Origin: Antedon mediterranea
Lineage: Eukaryota; Animalia; Echinodermata
Reading direction: 5' to 3'
NCBI RefSeq assembly: GCF_964355755.1
Contig: NC_092679.1
Coordinates: 1,270,201 to 1,334,200, forward strand
DNA: 64,000 nt
Shown: positions 42,401 to 56,925 of the stretch, piece after piece
How the letters are laid out: each line of letters opens with the position of its first letter
How positions within the stretch are numbered: the stretch's first letter is position 1
Notes under the pieces: model-generated
What the model saw: the letters and a program-made list of their open reading frames with translations, nothing else
Databases searched by the model: none
What the model was told of the DNA's origin: nothing
Program-made: the position numbers and the translations under genes

Positions 42401-45400
42401 TTAGAAAATATACTATAAAATGTATTTCTTATTTTATTTAAAAACTCATGAATCTCCTCTCCTTAATTGCCTAAGTCACACAGCTGACTTAGGCAGAAAC
42501 ACAACAAAACGATTTGAGCATGTGCAAATATATATAAAAGCACTCAGATAATGTACAGAGGGCAGTATAATGATATAAGCAGTGAGTTAGGCAGATCATA
42601 AGTGAGCTCCCCTTAATTGCCTAAGTCACACAGCTGACTTAGGCAGAAACACAAAAAATATAGTATAATGATATAAGCAGTGAGTTAGGCAGATCATAAG
42701 TCAGCTCTCCTTAATTGCCTAAGTCACACAGCTGACTTAGGCAGAAAAGACGAAAAATATAGTATATTGATATAAGCAGTGAGTTAGGCAGATCATAAGT
42801 CAGCTCTCCTTAAATGCCTAAGTCACACAGCTGACTTAGGCAGAAAACACGAAAAATATAGTATATTGATATAAGCAGTGAGTTAGGCAGATCATAAGTC
42901 AGCTCTCCTTAATTGCCTAAGTCACACAGATAGTACAGGGATTTTTTCCAAAAATAGCCAAAAATATCAAGTTTTTAAAATTCAATTATTATGTTATAAA
43001 ATTTCTCCATATGATCATATATTGCTTTATCATCACCTTATAGTACCATAGACACCAGTTTTATTGAAAAATAAAAGGGTCGAAAAATGGCCATTTTTGG
43101 AAAAAATCCTTGTACTATGACTTAGGCAGAAACACAAAAAATATAGTATATTGATATAAGCAGTGAGTTAGAAAAACAAACAAAAAATTGTGACTTAGAC
43201 TCTTTTGTTATGAGGCTGTCCATATCATCTATATACAAAAAAATTGACCTTTAAGTAACAAAATGTAATAGAATCAGCTCTTCAGATTAAAATTAACACT
43301 GATGATTTTAAAAAAGGAAAGTAGCAATAAAAGAGAAAGAATTTGTAACAAATGGGTTAAAAAATATACTATAAAAATGTATTTCTTATTTTATTTAAAA
43401 AATCACGAGTCTCCTCTCCTTAATTGCCTAAGTCACACAGCTGACTTAGGCAGAAACACAAAAAACGATGTGAGCGTGTGCAAATGTATATAAAAGCACT
43501 CAGATAATGTACAGAGGGCAGTATAATGATATAAGCAGTGAGTTAGGCAGATCATAAGTCAGCTCTCCTTAATTGCCTAAGTCACACACAGCTGACTTAG
43601 GCAGAAACACGAAAAATATAGTATATTGATATAAGCAGTGAGTTAGGCAGAAAAACAAAACAAAAATTATCACTTAGACACTTTTGTTATGAGGCTGTCA
43701 ATATCATCTATATACAAAAAATGCTACCTTTAAGTAACAAAATTTAATAGCATCAGCTCTTCAGATTAAAATTAACACTGATGATTTTAGAAAAAGAAAG
43801 TAGCAATAAAAGAGAAAGAATTTGTAACAAATGGGTTAGAAAATATACTATAAAATGTATTTCTTATTTTATTTAAAAACTCATGAATCTCCTCTCCTTA
43901 ATTGCCTAAGTCACACAGCTGACTTAGACAGAAACCCAAAAAAAAACGATTTGAGCATGTTCAAATGTATATAAAAGCACTGAGATAATGTACAGAGGGC
44001 AGTATAATGATATAAGCAGTGAGTTAGGCATATCATAAGTGAGCTCCCCTTAATTGCCTAAGTCACACAGCTGACTTAGGCAGAAACACAAAAAATATAG
44101 TATAATGATATAAGCAAAGAGTTAGGCAGTTCATAAGTGAGCTCTCTTTAATTGCCTAAGTCACACAGATAGTACAGGGATATTTTCCAAAAATAGCCAA
44201 AAATATGAAGTTTTTAAAATTCAATTATTATGTTATAAAATTGCTCCATATGATCATATATTGCTTTATCATCACCTTATAGTACCATAGACACCAGTTT
44301 TATCGAAAAATAAAAGGATCGAAAAATGGCCATTTTTGGAAAAAATCCTTGTACTATGACTTAGGCAGAAACACAAAAAATATAGTATATTGATATAAGC
44401 AGTGAGTTAGAAAAACAAACAAAAAATTGTGACTTAGACTCTTTTGTTATGAGGCTGTCCATATCATCTATATACAAAAAATTTTACCTTTAAGTAACAA
44501 AATGTAATGGCATCAGCTCTTCAGATTAAAATTAACACTGATGATTTTAGAAAAGGAAAGTAGCAATAAAAGAGAAAGAATTTGTAACAAATGGGTTAAA
44601 AAATATACTATAAAAATGTATTTCTTATTTTATTTAAAAAATCATGAGTCTCCTCTCCTTAATTGCCTAAGTCACACAGCTGACTTAGGCAGAAACACAA
44701 AAAACGATCTGAGCGTGTGCAAATGTATATAAAAGCACTCAGATAATGTACATAGGGCAGTATAATGATATAAGCAGTGAGTTAGGCAGATCATAAGTCT
44801 CCTCTCCTTAATTGCCTAAGTCACACAGCTGACTTAGGCAGAAATACAAAAAACGGTCTGAGCGTGTGCAAATGTATATAAAAGCACTCAGATAATGTAC
44901 ATAGGGCAGTATAATGATATAAGCAGTGAGTTAGGCAGATCATAAGTCAGCTCTCCTTAATTGCCTAAGTCACACAGCTAACTTATGCAGAAACACGAAA
45001 AATATAGTATATTGATATGAGCAGTGAGTTAGGCAGATCATAAGTCAGCTCTCCTTAATTGCCTAAGTCACACAGCTGACCCAGGCAGAAACACAACAAA
45101 TATAGTATATTGATATAAGCAGTGAGTTAGGCAGAAAAACAAAACAAAAATTATCACTTAGACACTTTTGTTATGAGGCTGTCAATATCATCTATATACA
45201 AAAAATGCTACCTTTAAGTAATAAAATTTAATAGCATCAGCTCTTCAGATTAAAATTAACACTGATGATTTTAGAAAAAGAAAGTAGCAATAAAAGAGAA
45301 AGAATTTGTAACAAATGGGTTAGAAAATATACTATAAAATGTATTTCTTATTTTATTTAAAAACTCATGAATCTCCTCTCCTTAATTGCCTAAGTCACAC

Positions 45401-46500
45401 AGCTGACTTAGGCAGAAACACAACAAAACGGTTTGAGCATGTGCAAATGTATATAAAAGCACTCAGATAATGTACAGAGGGCAGTATAATGACATAAGCA
45501 GTGAGTTAGGCAGATCATAAGTGAGCTCCCCTTAATTGCCTAAGTCACACAGCTGACTTAGGCAGAAACACAAAAAATATAGTATAATGATATAAGCAGT
45601 GAGTTAGGCAGGTCATAAGTCAGCTCTCCTTAATTGCCTAAGTCACACAGCTGACTTAGGCAGAAAACACGAAAAATATAGTATAATGATATAAGCAGTG
45701 AGTTAGGCAGATCATAAGTCAGCTCTCCTTAATTGCCTAAGTCACACAGCTGACTTAGGCAGAAAACACGAAAAATATAGTATATTGATATAAGCAGTGA
45801 GTTAGGCAGATCATAAGTCAGCTCTCCTTAATTGCCTAAGTCACACAGATAGTACAGGGATTTTTTCCAAAAATAGCCAAAAATATCAAGTTTTTAAAAT
45901 TCAATTATTATGTTATAAAATTGCTCCATATGATCATATATTGCTTTATCATCACCTTATAGTACCATAGACACCAGTTTTATTGAAAAATAAAAGGGTC
46001 GAAAAATGGCCATTTTTGGAAAAAATCCTTGTACTATGACTTAGGCAGAAACACAAAAAATATAGTATATTGATATAAGCAGTGAGTTAGAAAAACAAAC
46101 AAAAAATTGTGACTTAGACTCTTTTGTTATGAGGCTGTCCATATCATCTATATACAAAAAAATTGACCTTTAAGTAACAAAATGTAATAGCATCAGCTCT
46201 TCAGATTAAAATTAACACTGATGATTTTAGAAAAGGAAAGTAGCAATAAAAGAGAAAGAATTTGTAACAAATGGGTTAAAAAATATACTATAAAAATGTA
46301 TTTCTTATTTTATTTAAAAAATCACGAGTCTCCTCTCCTTAATTGCCTAAGTCACACAGCTGACTTAGGCAGAAACACAAAAAACGATGTGAGCGTGTGC
46401 AAATGTATATAAAAGCACTCAGATAATGTACAGAGGGCAGTATAATGATATAAGCAGTGAGTTAGGCAGATCATAAGTCAGCTCTCCTTAATTGCCTAAG
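33500..46500 (+). repeat. Higher-order repeat, period ~2,917-2,920 bp, with a ~5,839-bp super-period
   Basis: ORF starts are 34546/37463/40383/43302/46221 and 35783/38703/41622/44541. Diagnostic variants alternate every second unit. Boundaries are approximate. Confidence 0.87.
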
Positions 46501-49500
46501 TCACACAGCTGACTTAGGTAGAAACACGAAAAATATAGTATATTGATATAAGCAGTGAGTTAGGCAGAAAAACAAAACAAAAATTATCACTTTGACACTT
46601 TTGTTATGAGGCTGTCAATATCATCTATATACAAAAAATGCTACCTTTAAGTAACAAAATTTAATAGCATCAGCTCTTCAGATTAAAATTAACACTGATG
46701 ATTTTAGAAAAAGAAAGTAGCAATAAAAGAGAAAGAATTTGTAACAAATGGGTTAGAAAATATACTATAAAATGTATTTCTTATTTTATTTAAAAACTCA
46801 TGAATCTCCTCTCCTTAATTGCCTAAGTCACACAGCTGACTTAGGCAGAAAACACGAAAAATATAGTATATTGATATAAGCAGTGAGTTAGGCAGATCAT
46901 AAGTTAGCTCTCCTTAATTGCCTAAGTCACACAGATAGTACAGGGATTTTTTCCAAAAATAGCCAAAAATATCAAGTTTTTAAAATTCAATTATTATGTT
47001 ATAAAATTGCTCCTTATGATCATATATTGCTTTATCATCACCTTATAGTACCATAGACACCAGTTTTATCGAAAAATAAAAGGGTCGAAAAATGGCCATT
47101 TTTTGAAAAAATCCTTGTACTATGACTTTGGCAGAAACACAAAAAATATAGTATATTGATATAAGCAGTGAGTTAGAAAAACAAACAAAAAATTGTGACT
47201 TAGACTCTTTTGTTATGAGGCTGTCCATATCATCTATATACAAAAAATTGACCTTTAAGTAACAAAATTTAATAGCATCAGCTCTTCAGATTAAAATTAA
47301 CACTGATGATTTTTGAAAAGGAAAGTGGCAATAAAAGAGAAAGAATTTGTAACAAATGGGTTAAAAAATATACTATAAAAATGTATTTCTTATTTTATTT
47401 AAAAAATCATGAGTCTCCTCTCCTTAATTGCCTAAGTCACACAGCTGACTTAGGCAGAAACACAAAAAAACGATTTGAGCATGTGCAAATGTATATAAAA
47501 GCACTCAGATAATGTACAGAGGGCAGTATAATGATATAAGCAGTGAGTTAGGCAGATCATAAGTGAGCTCCCCTTAATTGCCTAAGTCACACAGCTGACT
47601 TAGGTAGAAACACAAAAAATATAGTATAATGATATAAGCAGTGAGTTAGGCAGATCATAAGTCAGCTCTCCTTAATTGCCTAAGTCACACAGCTGACTTA
47701 GGCAGAAAACACGAAAAATATAGTATATTGATATAAGCAGTGAGTTAGGCAGATCATAAGTCAGCTCTCCTTAAATGCCTAAGTCACACAGCTGACTTAG
47801 GCAGAAAACACGAAAAATATAGTATATTGATATAAGCAGTGAGTTAGGCAGATCATAAGTCAGCTCTCCTTAATTGCCTAAGTCACACAGATAGTACAGG
47901 GATTTTTTCCAAAAATAGCCAAAAATATCAAGTTTTTAAAATTCAATTATTATGTTATAAAATTTCTCCATATGATCATATATTGCTTTATCATCACCTT
48001 ATAGTACCATAGACACCAGTTTTATTGAAAAATAAAAGGGTCGAAAAATGGCTATTTTTGGAAAAAATCCTTGTACTATGACTTAGGCAGAAACACAAAA
48101 AATATAGTATATTGATATAAGCAGTGAGTTAGAAAAACAAACACAAAATTGTGACTTAGACTCTTTTGTTATGAGGCTGTCCATATCATCTATATACAAA
48201 AAAATTGACCTTTAAGTAACAAAATGTAATAGCATCAGCTCTTCAGATTAAAATTAACACTGATGATTTTAGAAAAAGAAAGTAGCAATAAAAGAGAAAG
48301 AATTTGTAACAAATGGGTTAGAAAATATACTATAAAATGTACTTCTTATTTTATTTAAAAACTCATGAATCTCCTCTCCTTAATTGCCTAAGTCACACAG
48401 CTGACTTAGGCAGAAACACAACAAAACGATTTGAGCATGTGCAAATGTATATAAAAGCACTCAGATAATGTACAGAGGGCAGTATAATGACATAAGCAGT
48501 AAGTTAGGCAGATCATAAGTGAGCTCCCCTTAAATGCCTAAGTCACACAGCTGACTTAGGCAGAAACACGAAAAATATAGTATATTGATATAAGCAGTGA
48601 GTTAGGCAGAAAAAACAAAACAAAAATTATCACTTAGACACTTTTGTTATGAGGCTGTCAATATCATCTATATACAAAAAATGCTACCTTTAAGTAACAA
48701 AATTTAATAGCATCAGCTCTTCAGATTAAAATTAACACTGATGATTTTAGAAAAAGAAAGTAGCAATAAAAGAGAAAGAATTTGTAACAAATGGGTTAGA
48801 AAATATACTATAAAATGTATTTCTTATTTTATCTAAAAACTCATGAATCTCCTCTCCTTAATTGCCTAAGTCACACAGCTGACTTAGACAGAAACCCAAA
48901 AAAACGATTTGAGCATGTGCAAATGTATATAAAAGCACTGAGATACTGTACAGAGGGCAGTATAATGATATAAGCAGTGAGTTAGGCATATCATAAGTGA
49001 GCTCCCCTTAATTGCCTAAGTCACACAGCTGACTTAGGCAGAAACACAAAAAATATAGTATAATGATATAAGCAAAGAGTTAGGCAGATCATAAGTGAGC
49101 TCTCCTTAATTGCCTAAGTCACACAGATAGTACAGGGATTTTTTCCAAAAATAGCCAAAAATATGAAGTTTTTAAAATTCAATTATTATGTTATAAAATT
49201 GCTCCATATGATCATATATTGCTTTATCATCACCTTATAGTACCATAGACACCAGTTTTATCGAAAAATAAAAGGATCGAAAAATGGCCATTTTTGGAAA
49301 AAATCCTTGTACTATGACTTAGGCAGAAACACAAAAAATATAGTATATTGATATAAGCAGTGAGTTAGAGAAACAAACAAAAAATTGTGACTTAGACTCT
49401 TTTGTTATGAGGCTGTCCATATCATCTATATACAAAAAATTTTACCTTTAAGTAACAAAATGTAATGGCATCAGCTCTTCAGATTAAAATTAACACTGAT

Positions 49501-52500
49501 GATTTTAGAAAAGGAAAGTAGCAATAAAAGAGAAAGAATTTGTAACAAATGGGTTAAAAAATATACTATAAAAATGTATTTCTTATTTTATTTAAAAAAT
49601 CATGAGTCTCCTCTCCTTAATTGCCTAAGTCACACAGCTGACTTAGGCAGAAACACAAAAAACGATCTGAGCGTGTGCAAATGTATATAAAAGAACTCAG
49701 ATAATGTACATAGGGCAGTATAATGATATAAGCAGTGAGTTAGGCAGATCATAAGTCTCCTCTCCTTAATTGCCTAAGTCACACAGCTGACTTAGGCAGA
49801 AATACAAAAAACGGTCTGAGCGTGTGCAAATGTATATAAAAGCACTCAGATAATGTACAGAGGGCAGTATAATGATATAAGCAGTGAGTTAGGCAGATCA
49901 TAAGTCAGCTCTCCTTAATTGCCTAAGTCACACAGCTAACTTATGCAGAAACACGAAAAATATAGTATATTGATATGAGCAGTGAGTTAGGCAGATCATA
50001 AGTCAGCTCTCCTTAATTGCCTAAGTCACACAGCTGACCCAGGCAAAAACACAACAAATATAGTATATTGATATAAGCAGTGAGTTAGGCAGAAAAACAA
50101 AACAAAAATTATCACTTAGACACTTTTGTTATGAGGCTGTCAATATCATCTATATACAAAAAATGCTACCTTTAAGTAATAAAATTTAATAGCATCAGCT
50201 CTTCAGATTAAAATTAACACTGATGATTTTAGAAAAAGAAAGTAGCAATAAAGAGAAAGAATTTGTAACAAATGGGTTAGAAAATATACTATAAAATGTA
50301 TTTCTTATTTTATTTAAAAACTCATGAATCTCCTCTCCTTAATTGCCTAAGTCACACAGCTGACTTAGGCAGAAACACAACAAAACGATTTGAGCATGTG
50401 CAAATGTATATAAAAGCACTCAGATAATGTACAGAGGGCAGTATAATGATATAAGCAGTGAGTTAGGCAGATCATAAGTGAGCTCCCCTTAATTGCCTAA
50501 GTCACACAGCTGACTTAGGCAGAAACACAAAAAATATAGTATAATGATATAAGCAGTGAGTTAGGCAGATCATAAGTCAGCTCTCCTTAATTGCCTAAGT
50601 CACACAGCTGACTTAGGCAGAAAACACGAAAAATATAGTATATTGATATAAGCAGTGAGTTAGGCAGATCATAAGTCAGCTCTCCTTAAATGCCTAAGTC
50701 ACACAGCTGACTTAGGCAGAAAACACGAAAAATATAGTATATTGATATAAGCAGTGAGTTAGGCAGATCATAAGTCAGCTCTCCTTAATTGCCTAAGTCA
50801 CACAGATAGTACAGGGATTTTTTCCAAAAATAGCCAAAAATATCAAGTTTTTAAAATTCAATTATTATGTTATAAAATTTCTCCATATGATCATATATTG
50901 CTTTATCATCACCTTATAGTACCATAGACACCAGTTTTATTGAAAAATAAAAGGGTCGAAAAATGGCCATTTTTGGAAAAAATCCTTGTACTATGACTTA
51001 GGCAGAAACACAAAAAATATAGTATATTGATATAAGCAGTGAGTTAGAAAAACAAACAAAAAATTGTGACTTAGACTCTTTTGTTATGAGGCTGTCCATA
51101 TCATCTATATACAAAAAAATTGACCTTTAAGTAACAAAATGTAATAGCATCAGCTCTTCAGATTAAAATTAACACTGATGATTTTAGAAAAGGAAAGTAG
51201 CAATAAAAGAGAAAGAATTTGTAACAAATGGGTTAAAAAATATACTATAAAAATGTATTTCTTATTTTATTTAAAAAATCACGAGTCTCCTCTCCTTAAT
51301 TGCCTAAGTCACACAGCTGACTTAGGCAGAAACACAAAAAACGATGTGAGCGTGTGCAAATGTATATAAAAGCACTCAGATAATGTACAGAGGGCAGTAT
51401 AATGATATAAGCAGTGAGTTAGGCAGATCATAAGTCAGCTCTCCTTAATTGCCTAAGTCACACACAGCTGACTTAGGCAGAAACACGAAAAATATAGTAT
51501 ATTGATATAAGCAGTGAGTTAGGCAGAAAAACAAAACAAAAATTATCACTTAGAAACTTTTGTTATGAGGCTGTCAATATCATCTATATACAAAAAATGC
51601 TACCTTTAAGTAACAAAATTTAATAGCATCAGCTCTTCAGATTAAAATTAACACTGATGATTTTAGAAAAAGAAAGTAGCAATAAAAGAGAAAGAATTTG
51701 TAACAAATGGGTTAGAAAATATACTATAAAATGTATTTCTTATTTTATTTAAAAACTCATGAATCTCCTCTCCTTAATTGCCTAAGTCACACAGCTGACT
51801 TAGGCAGAAAACACGAAAAATATAGTATATTGATATAAGCAGTGAGTTAGGCAGATCATAAGTTAGCTCTCCTTAATTGCCTAAGTCACACAGATAGTAC
51901 AGGGATTTTTTCCAAAAATAGCCAAAAATATCAAGTTTTTAAAATTCAATTATTATGTTATAAAATTGCTCCATATGATCATATATTGCTTTATCATAAC
52001 CTTATAGTACCATAGACACCAGTTTTATCGAAAAATAAAAGGGTCGAAAAATGGCCATTTTTTGAAAAAATCCTTGTACTATGACTTTGGCAGAAACACA
52101 AAAAATATAGTATATTGATATAAGCAGTGAGTTAGAAAAACAAACAAAAAATTGTGACTTAGACTCTTTTGTTATGAGGCTGTCCATATCATCTATATAC
52201 AAAAAAATTGACCTTTAAGTAACAAAATTTAATAGCATCAGCTCTTCAGATTAAAATTAACACTGATGATTTTTGAAAAGGAAAGTGGCAATAAAAGAGA
52301 AAGAATTTGTAACAAATGGGTTAAAAAATATACTATAAAAATGTATTTCTTATTTTATTTAAAAAATCATGAGTCTCCTCTCCTTAATCAGAAACACAAA
52401 AAACGATCTGAGCGTGTGCAAATGTATATAAAAGCACTCAGATAATGTACAGAGGGCAGTATAATGATATAAGCAGTGAGTTAGGCAGATCATAAGTGAG

Positions 52501-53459
52501 CTCTCCTTAATTGCCTAAGTCACACAGATAGTACAGGGATTTTTTCCAAAAATAGCCAAAAATATCAAGTTTTTAAAATTCAATTATTATGTTATAAAAT
52601 TGCTCCATATGATCATATATTGCTTTATCATCACCTTATAGTACCATAGACACCAGTTTTATCGAAAAATAAAAGGGTCGAAAAATGGCCATTTTTGGAA
52701 AAAATCCTTGAACTATGACTTAGGCAGAAACACAAAAAATATAGTATATTGATATAAGCAGTGAGTTATAAAAACAAACAAAAAATTGTGACTTAGACTC
52801 TTTTGTTATGAGGCTGTCTATATCATCTATATACAAAAAATTTTACCTTTAAGTAACAAAATGTAATAGCATCAGCTCTTCAGATTAAAATTAACACTGA
52901 TGATTTTAGAAAAGGAAAGTAGCAATAAAAGAGAAAGAATTTGTAACAAATGGGTTAAAAAATATACTATAAAAATGTATTTCTTATTTTATTTAAAAAA
53001 TCACGAGTCTCCTCTCCTTAATTGCCTAAGTCACACAGCTGACTTAGGCAGAAACACAAAAAACGATCTGAGCGTGTGCAAATGTATATAAAAAGCACTC
53101 AGATAATGTACAGAGGGCAGTATAATGATATAAGCAGTGAGTTAGGCAGATCATAAGTCTCCTCTCCTTAATTGCCTAAGTCACACAGCTGACTTAGGCA
53201 GAAATACAAAAAACGGTCTGAGCGTGTGCAAATGTATATAAAAGCACTCAGATAATGTACAGAGGGCAGTATAATGATATAAGCAGTGAGTTAGGCAGAT
53301 CATAAGTCAGCTCTCCTTAATTGGCTAAGTCACACAGCTAACTTATGCAGAAACACGAAAAACCATCTGAGCGTGTGCAAATGTATATAAAAGCACTCAG
53401 ATAATGTACAGAGGGCAGTATAATGATATAAGCAGTGAGTTAGGCAGATCATAAGTCAG

Positions 53460-54690
53460 CTCTCCTTAATTGCCTAAGTCACACAGCTGACTTAGGCAGA
53501 ATTACGAAAAATATAGTATATTGATATAAGCAGTGAGTTAGGCAGAAAAACAAAACAAAAATTATCACTTAGACACTTTTGTTATGAGGCTGTCAATATC
53601 ATCTATATACAAAAAATGCTACCTTTAAGTAACAAAATTTAATAGCTTCAGATAAAAATTAACACTGATGATTTTAGAAAAAGAAAGTAGCAATAAAAGA
53701 AAAAGAATTTGTAACAAATGGGGTAGAAAATGTACTATAAAATGTATTTCTTATTTTATTTAAAAACTCATGAATCTCCTCTCCTTAATTGCCTAAGTCA
53801 CACAGCTGACTTAGGCAGAAACACAAAAAAACGATTTGAGCAGTGTGCAAATGTATATAAAAGCACTCAGATAATGTACAGAGGGCAGTATAATGATATA
53901 AGCAGTGAGTTAGGCAGATCATAAGTCATCTCTCCTTAATTGCCTAAGTCACACAGCTGACTTAGGCAGAAACACAAAAAATATAGTATAATGATATAAG
54001 CAGTGAGTTAGGCAGATCATAAGTGAGCTCTCCTTAATTGCCTAAGTCACACAGTTGACTTAGGCAGAAAACACGAAAAATATAGTATATTGATATAAGC
54101 AGTGAGTTAGGCAGAAAAACAAAACAAAAATTATCACTTAGACACTTTTGTTATGAGGCTGTCAATATCATCTATATACAAAAAATGCTACCTTTAAGTA
54201 ACAAAATTTAATAGCTTCAGATAAAAATTAACACTGATGATTTTAGAAAAAGAAAGTAGCAATAAAAGAAAAAGAATTTGTAACAAATGGGGTAGAAAAT
54301 GTACTATAAAATGTATTTCTTATTTTATTTAAAAACTCATGAATCTCCTCTCCTTAATTGCCTAAGTCACACAGCTGACTTAGGCAGAAACACAAAAAAA
54401 CGATTTGAGCAGTGTGCAAATGTATATAAAAGCACTCAGATAATGTACAGAGGGCAGTATAATGATATAAGCAGTGAGTTAGGCAGATCATAAGTCATCT
54501 CTCCTTAATTGCCTAAGTCACACAGCTGACTTAGGCAGAAACACAAAAAATATAGTATAATGATATAAGCAGTGAGTTAGGCAGATCATAAGTGAGCTCT
54601 CCTTAATTGCCTAAGTCACACAGTTGACTTAGGCAGAAAACATGAAAAATATAGTATATTGATATAAGCAGTGAGTTAGGCAGATCATAA
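53460..54690 (+). repeat. Local tandem duplication, period 569 bp
   Basis: Identical ORFs at 53730 and 54299, with shared private variants (AATAGCTTCAGATAAAA, AATGTACTATA, ACAGTTGACT). Confidence 0.85.
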
Positions 54691-56563
54691 GTCAGCTCTC
54701 CTTAATTGCCTAAGTCACACAGATAGTACAGGGATTTTTTCCAAAAATAGCCAAAAATATCAAGTTTTTGAAATTCAATTATTATGTTATAAAATTGCTC
54801 CATATGATCATATATTGCTTTATCATCACCTTATAGTACCATAGACACCAGTTTTATTGAAAAATAAAAGGGTCGAAAAATGGCCATTTTTGGATTAAAT
54901 CCTTGTACTATGACTTAGGCAGAAACACAAAAAATATAGTATATTGATATAAGCAGTGAGTTAGAAAAACAAACAAAAAATTGTGACTTAGACTCTTTTG
55001 TTATGAGGCTGTCCATATCATCTATATACAAAAAAATTGACCTTTAAGTAACAAAATGTAATAGCATCAGCTCTTCAGATTAAAATTAACACTGATGATT
55101 TTAGAAAAGGAAAGTAGCAATAAAAGAGAAAGAATTTGTAACAAATGGGTTAAAAAATATACTATAAAAATGTATTTCTTATTTTATTTAAAAAATAATG
55201 AGTCTCCTCTCCTTAATTGCCTAAGTCACCCAGCTGACTTAGGCAGAAACACAAAAAAAAAACGATCTGAGCGTGTGCAAATGTATATAAAAGCAGTCAG
55301 ATAATGTACAGAGGGCAGTATAATGATATAAGCAGTGAGTTAGGCAGATCATAAGTCAGCTCTCCTTAATTGCCTAAGTCACACAGCTGACTTAGGCAGA
55401 AACACGAAAAATATAGTATATTGATATAAGCAGTGAGTTAGGCAGAAAAACAAAACAAAAATTATCACTTAGACACTTTTGTTATGAGGCTGTCAATATC
55501 ATCTATATACAAAAAATGCTACCTTTAAGTAACAAAATTTAATAGCATCAGCTCTTCAGATTAAAATTAACACTGATGATTTTAGAAAAAGAAAGTAGCA
55601 ATAAAAGAGAAAGAATTTGTAACAAATGGGTTAGAAAATATACTATACAATGTATTTCTTATTTTATTTAAAAACTCATGAATCTCCTCTCCTTAATTGC
55701 CTAAGTCACACTATAGTGTACTATAGTACAGGGATTTTTTCCAAAAAATGGCCAAAAATATCAAGTTTTTAAAATTCAATTATTATGTTATAAAATTGCT
55801 CCATATGATCATATATTGCTTTATCATCACCTAATAGTACCATAGACACCAGTTTTATCGAAAAATTGCCATTTTTGGAAAAAATCCTTGTACTATGACT
55901 TAGGCAGAAACACAAAAAATATAGTATATTGATATAAGCAGTGAGTTAGGCAGATCATAAGTCAGCTCTCCTTAATTGCCTAAGTCACACAGCTGACCCA
56001 GGCAGAAACACGAAAAATATAGTATATTGATATAAGCAGTGAGTTAGGCAGAAAAACAAAACAAAAATTATCACTTAGACACTTTTGTTATGAAGCTGTC
56101 AATATCATCTATATACAAAAAATGCTACCTTTAAGTAACAAAATTTAATAGCTTCAGATAAAAATTAACACTGATGATTTTAGAAAAAGAAAGTAGCAAT
56201 AAAAGAAAAAGAATTTGTAACAAATGGGGTAGAAAATATACTATAAAATGTATTTCTTATTTTATTTAAAAACTCATGAATCTCCTCTCCTTAATTGCCT
56301 AAGTCACACAGCTGACTTAGGCAGAAACACAAAAAAACGATTTGAGCAGTGTGCAAATGTATATAAAAGCACTCAGATAATGTACAGAGGGCAGTATAAT
56401 GATATAAGCAGTGAGTTAGGCAGATCATAAGTCATCTCTCCTTAATTGCCTAAGTCACACAGCTGACTTAGGCAGAAACCACGAAAAATATAGTATATTG
56501 ATATAAGCAGTGAGTTAGGCAGATCATAAGTCAGCTCTCCTTAATTGCCTAAGTCACACAGAT

Positions 56564-56925
56564 AGTACAAGGATTTTTTCCAAAAATGGCCAAAATATCA
56601 AGTTTTTAAAATTCAATTATTATGCTATAAAATTGCTCTATATGATCATATATTGCTTTATCATCACCTTATAGTACCATAGACACCAGTTTTATCAAAA
56701 AATAAAAGGGTCGAAAATGGCCATTTTTAGAAAAAATCCCTCTACAGGGATTTTTTCCAAAAATAACCAAAAATATCAAGTTTTTAAAATTCAATTATTA
56801 TGTTATAAAATTGCTCCATATGATCATATATTGCTTTATCATCACCTTATAGTACCATAGACACCAGTTTTATCGAAAAATAAAAGGGTCGAAAAATGGC
56901 CATTTTTGGAAAAAATCCTTGTACT
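56564..56925. mobile_element. Fused dimer of element M with perfect outer TIRs
   Basis: The junction CCCTCTACAGGG is 8 bp shorter than the one at 2361-2380. The outer ends 56562-56591 and 56898-56927 form a perfect 30-bp inverted repeat. Confidence 0.85.

Noticed and set aside
199-56430. Multicopy small-protein gene family (MILEKESS..., MYFLFYLK..., MYIDDM... ORFs)
   Set aside because: The ORFs cross module junctions and open or close with homopolymer-length changes. Subtype C has a stop or frameshift in the same frame, and there is no sign of codon-level constraint.
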